A stretch of 64,000 nt of DNA from Eledone cirrhosa (Eukaryota). Below are positions 13,492 to 27,702 of the stretch, piece after piece. The stretch spans positions 30,628,001-30,692,000 of the forward strand of contig OZ024751.1 of assembly GCA_964016885.1 (NCBI GenBank), in the 5' to 3' direction. Position 1 is the first letter of the stretch; every line of letters starts with the position of its first letter. Made by a program: the position numbers and the translations under genes. Under the pieces are notes generated by a model that saw only the letters and a program-made list of their open reading frames with translations, was not told where the DNA came from and ran no database searches.

Positions 13492-14216
13492 GTATTGATT
13501 TCTTTTTTATATATTTGTATTTTTAGTTTATATTTTATATTTTATCCTAAAATGAGAAAAACCTCTTTTTAATGATGCATGAAAAAATAACGAAATCTTT
13601 ATATAAAACTGAAAATGTATTCTCTTGTTTAGATAGACACTAATCTAAATATATATTTTATATTTTATCTTAAAATGAGAAAAATGTCTTTGAAAATTAT
13701 GTTTTTATACGAAAAATAATTTTCAAATAAAACCGAAAATATGCTCTCTTGTTTAGGCACTCAAGTAAATTCATATTTTTTGTTCTCTTTTGCACATTGA
13801 GTGAAATAAAAGGGGAGTTGAATAGAAGCCATTAAATATATCCTACGAAAGTAAATGTAAATAAATATATTTGACAATGACTCGCGGTTTCTCTCAATCT
13901 ATCTGTCTATCTATCTCTCTGTCTTCTCTCTCCTCTCTCTTTCTCCTCTCTCTCGCTCGCTCGCTCTCTCTCTATAAATATATATATATATATATATCAA
14001 CCAGATGTGAGAAAAACCACAGACCCTCCATCTCAACTCACCTTTTGAAAAGCAGAAGAACTGCGAAACCGGTAAAGGAACCAAATAAATATATATATTT
14101 TTAAAAAAAATAAGACTCCAGTTGCATTTTCGATTTCATCTCTTTTTCTTTATACTTTTACTCGTGTAGGACACCTCGGTTATTTTTCATTTTGTAAAAA
14201 AAAACCTCACTTTCTA

Positions 14217-14262
<46 letters not shown>

Positions 14263-14267
<5 letters not shown>

Positions 14268-14468
14268 AACAAGTATGACCCCGACGGCAGAGCTCAAGCC
14301 GTTTCGACGGTTAATTCTGGACTCACACTGAGTCCAGAATTAGCCGTCGAAACGGCTTGAGCTCTGCCGTCGGGGTCATACTTGTTCCTATTACCCACTC
14401 TACTACCCTAAGTATTGAGTACTTTGGTGCGTTATGGTCCATCTGTTTTCTTACCACATTTCCTTCGT

Positions 14469-14469
<1 letters not shown>
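14263..14469 (+). mobile_element. TA-embedded palindromic element (63-bp arms plus ~78-bp tail), probably a PLE pLTR remnant, in the last Wnt intron
   Basis: Arms 14263-14325 and 14329-14391 with one mismatch. The right arm has the hammerhead half GAAA-CGGC...GCCG-UC. (TA)n on both sides. Confidence 0.8.
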
Positions 14470-14501
<32 letters not shown>

Positions 14502-14729
14502 TTTGTTGATTGTTTCCCCATAGTTTTTTTTTTAACAACAGTACACGTTATGACGCATTATATATTTTTCCTTTCATCCTTACGGGGTCGATAAAATAAA
14601 GTACCAGTAATCTACTGGGCAATTGCTGGCCTTGTGCCAAAATAATTATATAATGTAGAATTATAGAAAGAATTATATATGTAAATATTTATATATTTCT
14701 TTTTGTATTTTTCATAATCTATTTTACAG

Positions 14730-15191
14730 GCTGTTAAGGCAAACATCAAGAAAGTATGTAAGTGTCATGGCGTATCTGGCTCTTGCTCAGTGAGAATATG
14801 TTGGCGCAGTATGGATAGCTTCCGGTCGACAGGTGCATATCTTTTCAAACGTTACGACAGCGCATCTCAGATGAAATTCAGCCGCAAAAAAAGAAAATTA
14901 AAACCGCTTAGCAAATTGTTGAAGAAACCATCCAAAAAAGACCTGGTCTATCTGAAACAGTCTCCAGATTTTTGCTTGAATAACACAAGTTACGGCTCTC
15001 TCGGCACACGAAACCGTCGTTGCAAACGAGAAAGTGACGGATTGGATGGTTGTGTGCTCATGTGTTGTGGACGGGGCTTTGTTACGATTCCCAAAGTTGT
15101 AACGGAGGACTGCGATTGCAAATTCTATTGGTGCTGCTTTGTACTCTGCAAAAAATGTACTCAAAGACTCGATATGCATTATTGTAACTAA
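14730..15191 (+). CDS. WntA: Wnt ligand (WntA-like), last coding exon
   Basis: Acceptor ttttacAG at 14728-29, phase 0. AVKANIKKVCKCHGVSGSCSVRICW (lipidation-Ser motif)...DLVYLKQSPDFC...GLDGCVLMCCGRG...CDCKFYWCCFVLCKKC...HYCN*. The subfamily call rests on remembered similarity to protostome WntA (SRExAYxYAI, FSRDFVD, SCSVRxCW, KKPxKxDLVYL). Confidence 0.95.
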   Translation, partial: AVKANIKKVCKCHGVSGSCSVRICWRSMDSFRSTGAYLFKRYDSASQMKFSRKKRKLKPLSKLLKKPSKKDLVYLKQSPDFCLNNTSYGSLGTRNRRCKRESDGLDGCVLMCCGRGFVTIPKVVTEDCDCKFYWCCFVLCKKCTQRLDMHYCN

Positions 15192-15806
15192 GATATCGAT
15201 AAATAGAAAAGAAAAACAAAAGAAAATATAAAAATAAACAAAAAAAAAAACAATGACTGAAGGGGATTGTTACAGAAGCGAAAGAAACATTTCGTGTTAT
15301 TTGTCTTTGTATATTTTTAGTTGCTTTTTAAATATCATTACACATATACACTCACAGGCAAAGACATACACGCTCATATGCACACAAACACACACACATA
15401 TATACACAGGCACATATGTATAAGCACGCATGCCCAAACCTAAGCAAACATTCACTCACACCTAATACACAACATATCTGTAATAATTCAGTGATTATCC
15501 GAAAATATCTATCAAGGCAGTAGAAAACGATGACGCCAAAGTCGGGACTGATGATAAGATAAAATAGAAAACCAGAAAACAGTTAGTTTAATATTTGTCC
15601 TCCAACAGTATTCTTCCTTTAACTTTAAACCGAGAAATATTTAGAGCTAATCCAATAACACCGAGGATTACTGTTAATCGTAGGTAAGCTGTTCTTCTAG
15701 TTTACAGACGAAGTCGCCAATAAACATGTTTGTCCTTTGATGATAGATTTATCTAAAACATACAAACGCAGATATTTTGTTGCTTTGAGATAGTAGAGTG
15801 AATAAA
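15192..15806 (+). other. Probable Wnt 3' UTR with candidate AATAAA polyadenylation signals (~15234, ~15719, ~15801)
   Basis: Non-coding sequence after the stop codon containing AATAAA hexamers; the true end is unknown. Confidence 0.4.
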
Positions 15807-15839
15807 GATAACAAAATTGGCAAACCTATCTATCCATTA

Positions 15840-15896
<57 letters not shown>

Positions 15897-15897
<1 letters not shown>

Positions 15898-16265
15898 CAG
15901 TATCGGTAGAGCGTCGGATAGCATGCTTTGCGGCATAGAATTATGGCCCTTTGCGCCCTGAGTTCAAATCCCGTCGTGGTTAGCTTTGACTTTTGTCCTT
16001 ACGGAGTCGATAAAATAAAGTACAAGTCACGCACTGAGGTCGATTTAATCGATTTTCCCTCCCCCCCCCAAAAAAAATGTCTGGCCTTGTGCCTATAGTA
16101 GAAATCATTATTAAGTCCATCAAATTCCGCAGAGGTCAACTTTGCCTTTCATCTTACCGGGGTCGATGAAATAAAATACCAGTAACATACTGGGGTCGAT
16201 TTAAATTGACTTTCACACTTGCCCTTTAAATTACTGGTCTTGGGTCAATCTTAGAAAAACATTAT
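15897..16265 (+). mobile_element. SINE family A, two tandem copies
   Basis: Same consensus motifs (gagttcaaatccc, gcctttcatc..ggggtcgat.aaataaa.taccagt). Confidence 0.75.
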
Positions 16266-16497
16266 TGCTATTACCATTGCTATTACCATTGTCATCCATA
16301 TTAGGATATTACTACACAATTCCTACCAAAACGACTAATTTTCTTCAATAGTTGTTGAATTTTAAGTATTTCAGATTGAACAACGAACAAATATTACCTC
16401 CACATACAACTTAAATAAATCTATCTGAACAATTTCTACAACTTATTTTTCTTTCTATATTTATCGTTCAGTCTATGTGTATATTAATCTATCTGTC

Positions 16498-16622
<125 letters not shown>

Positions 16623-16676
16623 ATATATATATGTACACACATACACACACACATATATCTATCTATATATATATAC

Positions 16677-16870
16677 CAGTGCTCCTTTGGGAGCCCCTAC
16701 ATGGACACACTAGAAGAGGAAGACCAAGGTTAACATATGTTGATGCCCTAAGGACTGACACTGGTCTGTTGGAGATGCAGGATATGGCAGCGATAATGAG
16801 GGACAGAGACCGCTGGAGAGAACTCGTCCATGGATCTCGGGAATTTTACCCGCCTTAGATAGATAGATAT
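16677..16870 (+). mobile_element. RTE-clade LINE 3' end
   Basis: [29 protein letters not shown]...[11 protein letters not shown] is a typical RTE ORF C-terminus; short (TAGA)n tail. Confidence 0.75.
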
Positions 16871-16929
16871 ATAGTGTATATATATATATGTGTGTGTGTG
16901 AGTATGTATGTATATTTATAATATATATG

Positions 16930-17006
<77 letters not shown>

Positions 17007-17039
17007 GTACGTATATATATATATGTATATATATATATG

Positions 17040-17090
<51 letters not shown>

Positions 17091-17149
17091 GTATATATAT
17101 ATATGTATATATATATACATATATATAATATATATATATATATATATAC

Positions 17150-17192
<43 letters not shown>

Positions 17193-17465
17193 TATATATG
17201 TATATATATATGTATATATATATATACATATATTTATATATATATATATATATGTATAAATATATATATGTATATATATGTGTATATATGTATATATATG
17301 TGTGTATATATATATATGTATATATATATGTGTATATATGTATATATATATGTGTATATATGTATATATATGTGTGTATATATATATATATATGTATATA
17401 TGTATATATATATAATGTATATATATATATATATATATGTATAAATATATATATATATATATATG

Positions 17466-17532
<67 letters not shown>

Positions 17533-18593
17533 GTGTGTATATATATGAGAAAAAATGTATTGTATAGTACAAGTCTAGAATGTCGTCAATTTAAGTGGAC
17601 ACCATTGAAAAAGGAAAGGCAACGTCTAAAGATTGTGAAGTATTGGTAAAATGTTGCATGGATGTGAGAGTTATTCGCCCTTTAAATTTGTCTTTGAATG
17701 TGTCTTACAACTACCCCCACATGCCCCCACACTGAAACATACAAATGCACTCACAGACACACACATCCATAACTATACACACACACCGACAACCTCAGGC
17801 GCACACATACACATACAGACTCACACAGACACACACACAGAGACACTCACTAATACACACAGACTCCCAGAGGCACACACAAGCACACAATGACACACAT
17901 ATGCACACACAAACACACTCTGACACACACAGGCACCCAAATGCACACACAAACACACTCTGACACACACAGGCACCCAAATGCACACACAAACATACAT
18001 TGTCACATAGTCTAACAAATGCACACAAAACACACTCTCATATACACAAGCATCCAAAGGCACACACTGACACATAGGCTCCCAAAGGCACACACAGACA
18101 CACACAGACACACACAGACACATACAGACATGCGAGCACAAACACAGACACGCAAAGACAGCCACATACATACACAAACACCTACACACATATGCGCAGA
18201 CAGACAAGCAGGCTAAATGCTATAACGAAACACCCTTGAAATCTGAAAGCCAATATGAACAAACGAAAGCAGGGTATGAGGTAAAGAAAATAAGTGATAA
18301 AGGTAAGTCTAGAAGAATAAGTAACGTGTGGCGGCTTTATTAACATCAAACAATGTCGAGTTGGTTGGTTTGAAGACTTCATTCTACAAATATCTCACCT
18401 GTATGGTGAATAGGTAAGCATCTTATCTAAGATATGTTAGTCCTTCTTACACAAACATTACTTTCAAATGGTTATTACAAACACAATTTTCACTAACTCT
18501 CTCTCTCAGTCTTTCTCTCTCTCTTTCTCTGTCTCACTCATTCCTTCCCTTTTATATGTAAATATATGTGCATGTATATAAATATGTGTGTTA

Positions 18594-18632
<39 letters not shown>

Positions 18633-18668
18633 AGTATACAGACTCAAGCATGTACTCACATACAACAC

Positions 18669-18723
<55 letters not shown>

Positions 18724-18784
18724 CATACATGAACATACATACATACATATTTGTGTGTAAGTATATATATATATACATATATAT

Positions 18785-18979
18785 ATAGGAAAAAGTATGA
18801 CCCCGACGGCAGAGCTCAAGCCGTTTCGACGGCTATTTCTGGTCCAGAAATAGCCGTCGAAACAGCTTGAGCTCTGCCGTCGGGGTCATACTTTTTCCTA
18901 TTACCCACTCTACAATCCTAAGTATTGAGTACTATGGTGCGTTATGGTCCATCTCTTTCCTTACCACACTTCCTTTGTT
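18785..18979 (+). mobile_element. Second palindromic TA-embedded element (58-bp arms)
   Basis: Palindrome centred at 18843, same tail as the 14263 copy. Confidence 0.8.
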
Positions 18980-19156
18980 ATATATATATACATATATATA
19001 TATATACATATACATATATATACATACATATACATACATATACATACATATACATACATATATACAACGATACATATAGAACAACAATATCACTCTATTC
19101 TCGAGCATCGATATTTGTAGGCATGCTTCAAAATCTTTATAAATAATAACACAGAG

Positions 19157-19222
<66 letters not shown>

Positions 19223-19446
19223 GTTTCCTTCCCCCACGGTTAGCTCTACTCTTTGTTGTTCTCCTGTCTCACTTGCTTTACGCGTTTCAATTGTCCTAAT
19301 AACTTATTTTGGTTATTATTGCACCGACGTGAGGTATATGATTTTTAATGCAATGAAATATCGATGATCGTCGGCAAATCACTGATGAGGGACTTATTTT
19401 ATTACATGTTATCCATGTGCTACCTGCAGTATTTTTCTCTATATTT

Positions 19447-19519
<73 letters not shown>

Positions 19520-19530
19520 GTATATATATA

Positions 19531-19598
<68 letters not shown>

Positions 19599-19766
19599 TA
19601 TATGTAATATGTATATATATATATATATATAATATGTATATATATATATGTGTGTGTATATATATAATGTATATAGAATATGTATATATATAGTATGTAT
19701 ATACATATATATATATATATATATATAATTATACATATATATATACATATATATATAAACACTTAT

Positions 19767-19819
<53 letters not shown>

Positions 19820-19823
<4 letters not shown>

Positions 19824-20375
19824 TGCCAAAGAAGTATACACAACTATAACGCATACATACATACACACACACACATATATATATATATACTGCCAAAAAA
19901 GTATACACAACTATAACGCATACATACATACACACACACACATATATATATATATACTGCCAAAGAAGTATACACAACTATAACGCATACATACATACAC
20001 ACACACACATATATATATATATACTGCCAAAGAAGTATACACAACTATAACGCATACATACATACATACACATATGCACAGATATCTCACATAGACATAA
20101 TAAACTACCAAATGAAAACATCTATTCCGACCTTGTTCATTCGTTATTTATCAATAAAATATATACTACCCAGTCCTCTCTATATATCACTTATTCATAG
20201 GTTATTTATCAATAAAATATATACTACCCAGTCCTCTCTATATATCACTTATTCATAGGTTATTTATCAATAAAATATATACTACCCAGTCCTCTCTATA
20301 TATCACTTATTCATAGGTTATTTATCAATAAAATATATACTACCCAGTCCTCTCTATATATAACTCATTCATAGG
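19820..20375. repeat. Two adjacent minisatellites: 67-bp unit (~19820-20070) and 58-bp unit x4 (20143-20375)
   Basis: tactgccaaagaagtatacacaactataacgc... and gttatttatcaataaaatatatactacccagtcctctctatatatcacttattcatag. Confidence 0.9.
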
Positions 20376-20820
20376 TTTTTTTTTTTTTTTTTTTTTTCCA
20401 ATAAAAAAAAAATATTCCATTGGTGACATTTCTTCTATCGAATTACTTTTTCTTGTTTCCCATATATCCTTTTTATTAATATTTTGGGGGCTATTTTTTT
20501 GTTTATTCTTTTATTGGTTTTAAACATTTTTCTGGTTTCATTCATTAGATTGTGGCCATGCTGGAGTACTTCCTTGAAAGGATTTAGTTGATCTCATCGA
20601 CGATAATATATGTGATTTTTCTTATGTTTTTGGTATTTACTCTAGTATTCTCATTCATTGTTCTTTTAATTAGACATAAATTAACAGTAAACTCCAATAC
20701 TAACACTAATCACCCCCACTCCGCCCCGGATATATAAATATATATATGTATATATATATATGTGTGTGTGTGTATGTGTGTATATATATATATATGTGTG
20801 TGTGTATGTGTGTATATATA

Positions 20821-20855
<35 letters not shown>

Positions 20856-20993
20856 GTGTATATATATATATATATTTTAATAAATATTTGCTCTATGGTT
20901 TTTATATATTTGATATATATTTATCCTTATCGAACCCTCTTTGGATTTTAGTCTTCAAATTTATTATTGTTACTATATATATATAAATAAATA

Positions 20994-21054
<61 letters not shown>

Positions 21055-21094
21055 GTGTGTGTGTATATATATGTATATATATATATATTATGCA

Positions 21095-21141
<47 letters not shown>

Positions 21142-21289
21142 TTGTGTGTGTCTGAGTCCCGGGTTCAATCGGGGGGTAACCAAAGTAGGAATGAAACAGT
21201 TCTAGCCCTGTAGAAGCCATTTCTATATTAAATCTTATATATATAGAGAGAGAGGGAATAAGAGATGACAATGGCACCTTTTTACATCT

Positions 21290-21912
21290 TCTCACACACA
21301 CCGGGACCAATATTTAATTTAACACTTAGCTAAACGAATCTGCACAACGGTCTAGTTTCAAACCCAACAACAAGTGACAAAAGACTTGAAGAGATGAAAT
21401 AAGAACTCGCCAAGAGAAAATATCCTCAGAATTTAATCAACCATAGTTTTCAAAAATCAAAACAAATTAACTGCCGGGAACTCCGAGAATCAAAAAGAAT
21501 CAAAGAAAAATTGTTTATCCCTTATATTTCAGCTTTTAATCTAATCAACACCAAAGACTACACATACATACAACCTATTCTAGTAAAATCTAAAAAAAAA
21601 AATGAAAGACTTCCTACAGAAATATCCAAATCTAAACCGTAAAAGACAGCTGAAATCATTAAAAAAGACATTGACGAATGCAAAGCTAAAAGCGGTAATT
21701 AAAGATACTGAAGTTTAAAAATGCCGTGTAGGCAGTTATCTATTAGAAAGTCCCGAATTTTACTTCAAAGAAAGACCTATTTTTAAAAAGGTCCCGAATG
21801 TTACTTCAAAGAAAGACCTATTTATGAAATTAAAAACGACTTCTTGTGGAACTCACACAATTTAATATATATTATAATTATGATATGTAATGTTTGCCAT
21901 GAACGTTACATA
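21290..21912 (+). mobile_element. Degenerate Penelope-like element fragment (RT thumb, linker, start of GIY-YIG)
   Basis: Frameshifted pieces LAKRICT..VSNPTTSDKRLEEMK*ELAKRKYPQNLIN...IPYISAFN...KRQLKSLKKTLTNAK...NSHNLIYIIIMICNVCHERYI. Confidence 0.7.
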
Positions 21913-22709
21913 TATTTTATTGCGTGGTTAATGTTTTTGAACAGTAAGTATCAACAGTCAAACGAAAAGATCCCAGACCTCATTTGCTTAACGAGTGGGA
22001 TGGAGCTCGTCAAACCGAGGAAACTATGATTCCATCGGTCTTTCCAATTGCTAATATTATCTGTCGGTCGCAAATCCAAACAGAGGGAGCAACGTAAAAG
22101 AAAGTATCTTGCTCAAGGACATAACGCATCGCCCGGTCTAGGAATTGAAATCACAACCTCACGATTGCGAATCCAATGACCACGATAGAGTTTTAATCTT
22201 AGAACATATCTAATCTTATGGTTTATTGGTTATTAATCAAAAGTTGCTAGAAATCTTTTCCAGCTTCTTGCTTTCCTGACAGGTTTACCAAAATTCAAAA
22301 GAAACATCGATCGCCATCTTGAATTATGTACTCTGTTATGTCCTTCTCCCTACTTAGTAACCCCTTGCATTTTAGTAGTTATATTTCCTTACTTGGGGTG
22401 AGCAATGCTTTAAAAAAAAAGGTTATAAATCTAAAAATACAGTAAAAAAACAGCTAGATTGTTTCATTCTGTTGTTTTTCATCAGGTTTCAATTTTATGT
22501 CATCAATGACGTGCTTGGCTGAAGTTAAAATAAAAGTTTGAGTAAACAAACAGTAAAGTACATTCGTCGGTGTAAGTTGGATGTGTTAGCTATCATAATA
22601 TATTATATGAAACACCGTAAAGTATTCACTGAATTAGTTCCACAGAGGAGAGTAGATATATATATATAATCGTAAAATTGTCCTCTAGCAAGACTACTTA
22701 TGTTTCAAG

Positions 22710-22803
<94 letters not shown>

Positions 22804-22947
22804 TAGTCTTGCTAGAGGGCAATTTTAAGATTACAATGTTAAGTTCTCCCGTACTATATTATCTTACGTAAGTCTATCTATCTATCTATTTGTTTATCTA
22901 TCAATATATCTAATATCTACCTATCGCTCTCTTTTTATATAGATAGC

Positions 22948-22999
<52 letters not shown>

Positions 23000-23000
23000 A

Positions 23001-23032
<32 letters not shown>

Positions 23033-23123
23033 ATATATAGTGAAAAATGGAACGGGAACAAAACAGAGAGGCAGTACGAACAAAGGTTTATTAGTTTCAC
23101 GCTCTTGAGAGTGGGGGGGGGGG

Positions 23124-23149
23124 CGTTTCGGGCACAAGCCCTTCGTCAG
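23124..23149 (-). ncRNA. Hammerhead core (PLE pLTR-type) in a TA-flanked repeat (~23040-23290)
   Basis: CUGACGA A GGGC-UUGU-GCCC GAAAC. Stem III ACGC...GCGU is followed by G, so the cleavage site is doubtful. Confidence 0.5.
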
Positions 23150-23312
23150 GCGAAAAGTGAGTGGGAAGAGAGTTCCAAGGGTGTGTAGGGGAGTGGAGGA
23201 GAGACATTTAGAAAAAAGGGAGAGGGAGGAAACGGAGGAAAAACGGTGGAACGGGTACAAATAAAAATAAATATAAAAAATAATTTTTAAAAAAAATATA
23301 TATATATACATA

Positions 23313-23357
<45 letters not shown>

Positions 23358-23709
23358 AACACTGCTTACGCAATACTCTGGGTATCTGGTAATGATCTAA
23401 GGTTTAAAACTCTAATCAACCTTCAAATCAACTGAAAACAGATAAACGAGTGAAACAACTGAAACATTACAAGATTCATATAGTGCGAGAATAATTTAAG
23501 ATGGTGTAGGACAGAATAAAGGAGAGACACAAAATAAGAAGCCAGACACTGAGGAGGTCACCGAATGTGTGACGAAAGAGCTTTCACAATATATTAACAA
23601 CCACCCGGTTATTGAAGCAACCAGCCGGAAATTTATAATAAATTGACGTGAAAACCAACAGGTGCGTGTATTTTTATTGGCAGCATGACCCTCGCAAAGT
23701 ATATATGTA

Positions 23710-23823
<114 letters not shown>

Positions 23824-23931
23824 TATATGTATCTGCAGGCTTCTTTATTCACTTCTTACACAGGCGAGTATTAAGCACTTTCACACATTTTTATATGGAG
23901 ATGGAGATGTAAGTATGTGTGTGTGTGTATA

Positions 23932-24054
<123 letters not shown>

Positions 24055-24477
24055 AGAGAGAGAGTTAAACATTATACAGACTGATCTTAGGTATAAGAGA
24101 AACTGTCAGGCCGATAGAAGAAGCGAAGAAGCTAAGTGAAAATTTCTTATGAGCTGTTGAATGAGAATTTACACTGGGTGATAAAAAACAAATTTGCCAC
24201 AGACCGCAATGAACAACTGTAAACAGACAAAGGCAAAACAGATTTATACACAACGAAGTATGAGAGACATTCAAGAGAAGAAGATTTTAACACAGTAGAA
24301 GACATTTTGAGACACAGTCCACCCCATCAACACCACCACCACCACAAAAAAAAGGAACAAAATGACAAATAAACAAAAAGAACTGTATTGTTGCTTTTTT
24401 TTCTTTTGTCCCTTTTTCATTTTCCTTGATTTCTTTTTTTAGTTTGATTCCCGGTTTTTCTGTACGTAATTTGTGGA

Positions 24478-24580
<103 letters not shown>

Positions 24581-24630
24581 ACGAAGGAAATGTGGTAAGG
24601 AACCAGGTGGACCATAACGCACCATACATA

Positions 24631-24665
<35 letters not shown>

Positions 24666-25149
24666 GTATATATGTATATATATATATACACATACAAACA
24701 CACACACATGTGCATATACGCATGTATGTGTACATACATATATGTGTTTGAATGTTTGTACGAGAGTATGTAATTATAGCGTGTGTGTGTGTATGCGTCT
24801 GTATTTGTATGTATGTATATATATATATATACATATGCATATACAAACCATGCATATATGTGTATGTATGTATATATATATGTGTATATATAGAGAGAGA
24901 GTGTTATATAGATAGATGGATAGATAGATAAATAGAAAAATAGATATAGATAGATACATATATATATGTGTGTGTGTGTGCGTGTCTGTGTGTGTGCGCG
25001 TGTATGTGTGTGTGTGTGTGCGTGTCTGTGTGTGTGCGCGTGTATGTGAGTGTGGGTGGGTGTGCGTATGTAATACGTTTGTGAGTAGTGCATGTATGTA
25101 AGTGTGTGAGACAGTTATCAAAATAATGGACGATATATAGTGTAACACC

Positions 25150-26425
25150 CCCCACCACCACCACCACCAACACTAGCTTCGCCACAACTACTACCGCAAC
25201 CACTACCACCACAACCACTACCGCAACCTCCACCACCACCGCCACTACCACCACCACCACTACCACCGCCACCATAACTACCACCGCCACAACTACCACC
25301 GCAACCTCAACCACCACCACCATCACCACAACCACCACCAGCACTACCATCACCACAACTACTACCACAACCTCAACCACCACCACCACTACCACAACCA
25401 CCACTACCACCACCACCAACTCTACCACCGCCACAACTACTACCACAACCTCAACCACCACCACCACCACCACTACCACCACCACCAGCACTACCATCAC
25501 CACAACTACTACCACAACCTCAACCACCACCACCACCACTACCAACACCACCAGCACTACCATCGCCACAACTACAACAACACCACCACTACCACCACCA
25601 CCAGCACTACCATCACCACAACTACTACCGCAACCTCAACCACCACCACCACCACTACCAACACCACCAGCACTACCATCGCCACAACTACAACACCACC
25701 ACCACTACCACCACCACCAACTCTACCACCGCCACAACTACTACCACAACCTCAACCACCACCACCACCACAACCAACACCACCAGCACTACCATCACCA
25801 CAACTACTACCACAACCTCAACCACCACCACCACCACTACCAACACCACCAGCACTACCATCGCCACAACTACAACAACACCACCACTACCACCACCACT
25901 ACCATCACCACAACTACTACCGCAACCTCAACCACCACCACCACCACTACCAACACCACCAGCACTACCATCGCCACAACTACAACACCACCACCACTAC
26001 CACCACCACCAGCACTACCATCGCCACAACTACAACACCACCACCACTACCAACACCACCAGCACTACCATCGCCACAACTACAACAACACCACCACTAC
26101 CACCACCACTACCATCACCACAACTACTACCGCAACCTCAACCACCACCACCACCACTACCAACACCACCAGCACTACCATCGCCACAACTACAACACCA
26201 CCACCACTACCACCACCACCAACTCTACCACCGCCACAACTACTACCACAACCTCAACCACCACCACCACCACTACCAACACCACCAGCACTACCATCAC
26301 CACAACTACTACCGCAACCTCAACCACCACCACCACCACTACCAACACCACCAGCACTACCATCACCACAACTACTACCACAACCTCAACCACAACCACC
26401 ACCACCACCACCACCACCAACACCA
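25150..26425. repeat. ACC/ACT-rich minisatellite with higher-order repeats
   Basis: Recurring accaccagcactaccatc(g/a)ccacaactac...caacctcaaccacc blocks. Confidence 0.9.
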
Positions 26426-26624
26426 TCTTCAGCAACAAAAACCGAAAAAAAAATGACAAATATAAAATATCTACCACAACAACAACAACAACAACAACAA
26501 CCATGAAAGCAGTTTAGGGAATGAGCCCACAGCTGCTGTTATGTAAATATAAGCGGCGTATATAAGTGGCTGGTTGTGCACGTGTGTTTACAGTGCCTCA
26601 CGTTGGAGAAAATGTATATATTTG

Positions 26625-26685
<61 letters not shown>

Positions 26686-26764
26686 GTGTATGTGTGTGTG
26701 TGTGTATTTATATATATATATATATGTGTGTGTGTGTATACATATATATATATATATAGGTATG

Positions 26765-26795
<31 letters not shown>

Positions 26796-26886
26796 ATACA
26801 TATATATATATATATATAGGTATGTATATATATATGTGTGTGTGTGTGTGTGTTCGCGCGTGTATGTGTGTGTGTGTGCGCGCGCG

Positions 26887-26971
<85 letters not shown>

Positions 26972-27371
26972 AGATAATATAAATAAGAAAAAAAAACAAC
27001 AACGGCAACAAGAACAACAACAACAAGAAGAACAACAACAAGAACAACGACGACGACAACAACAATACCAACAACAGTCCTAACAACATCAAATATATCT
27101 TATCCAGAAATACAAAACGAACGTTATACTGTAATAAAACAGTTTGTTGAAAAGTGAAATAAAAAACTCTTTAATCTATCAAAATCTATTTTAATCTATC
27201 TTAATCCACCGTAATCTATGAAGTCTCACTGCAACTTATATTCCTTATAGTGCACTTTGAATAATTGTTGTTGATGTTGTTGTTGTGGTGTTGGTGTTGG
27301 TGGTGGTGGTGGTGGTGGTAGTGATGGTGATGTATTCTCTGTTATTCATAATGCAATTATTTCATGTCACT

Positions 27372-27431
<60 letters not shown>

Positions 27432-27617
27432 GCATATATATATATATATGCATATATATATATATATGCATATATATATATATATATGTATATATATGCA
27501 TATATATATATATATGCATATATATATATATGCATATATATGCATATATATATATATGCATATATATGCATATATATATATGCGTGTGTGTGTAAGTATG
27601 TAAATATAATAATATAT

Positions 27618-27702
<85 letters not shown>

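Noticed and set aside
16888-17649. [12 protein letters not shown] ORFs here and throughout the window
   Set aside because: Dinucleotide and tetranucleotide microsatellites lack stop codons.
19820-20375. CRISPR-like periodic repeats (also 63530-63820 and 58033-58132)
   Set aside because: Head-to-tail units with no unique spacers, no cas genes, eukaryotic context.
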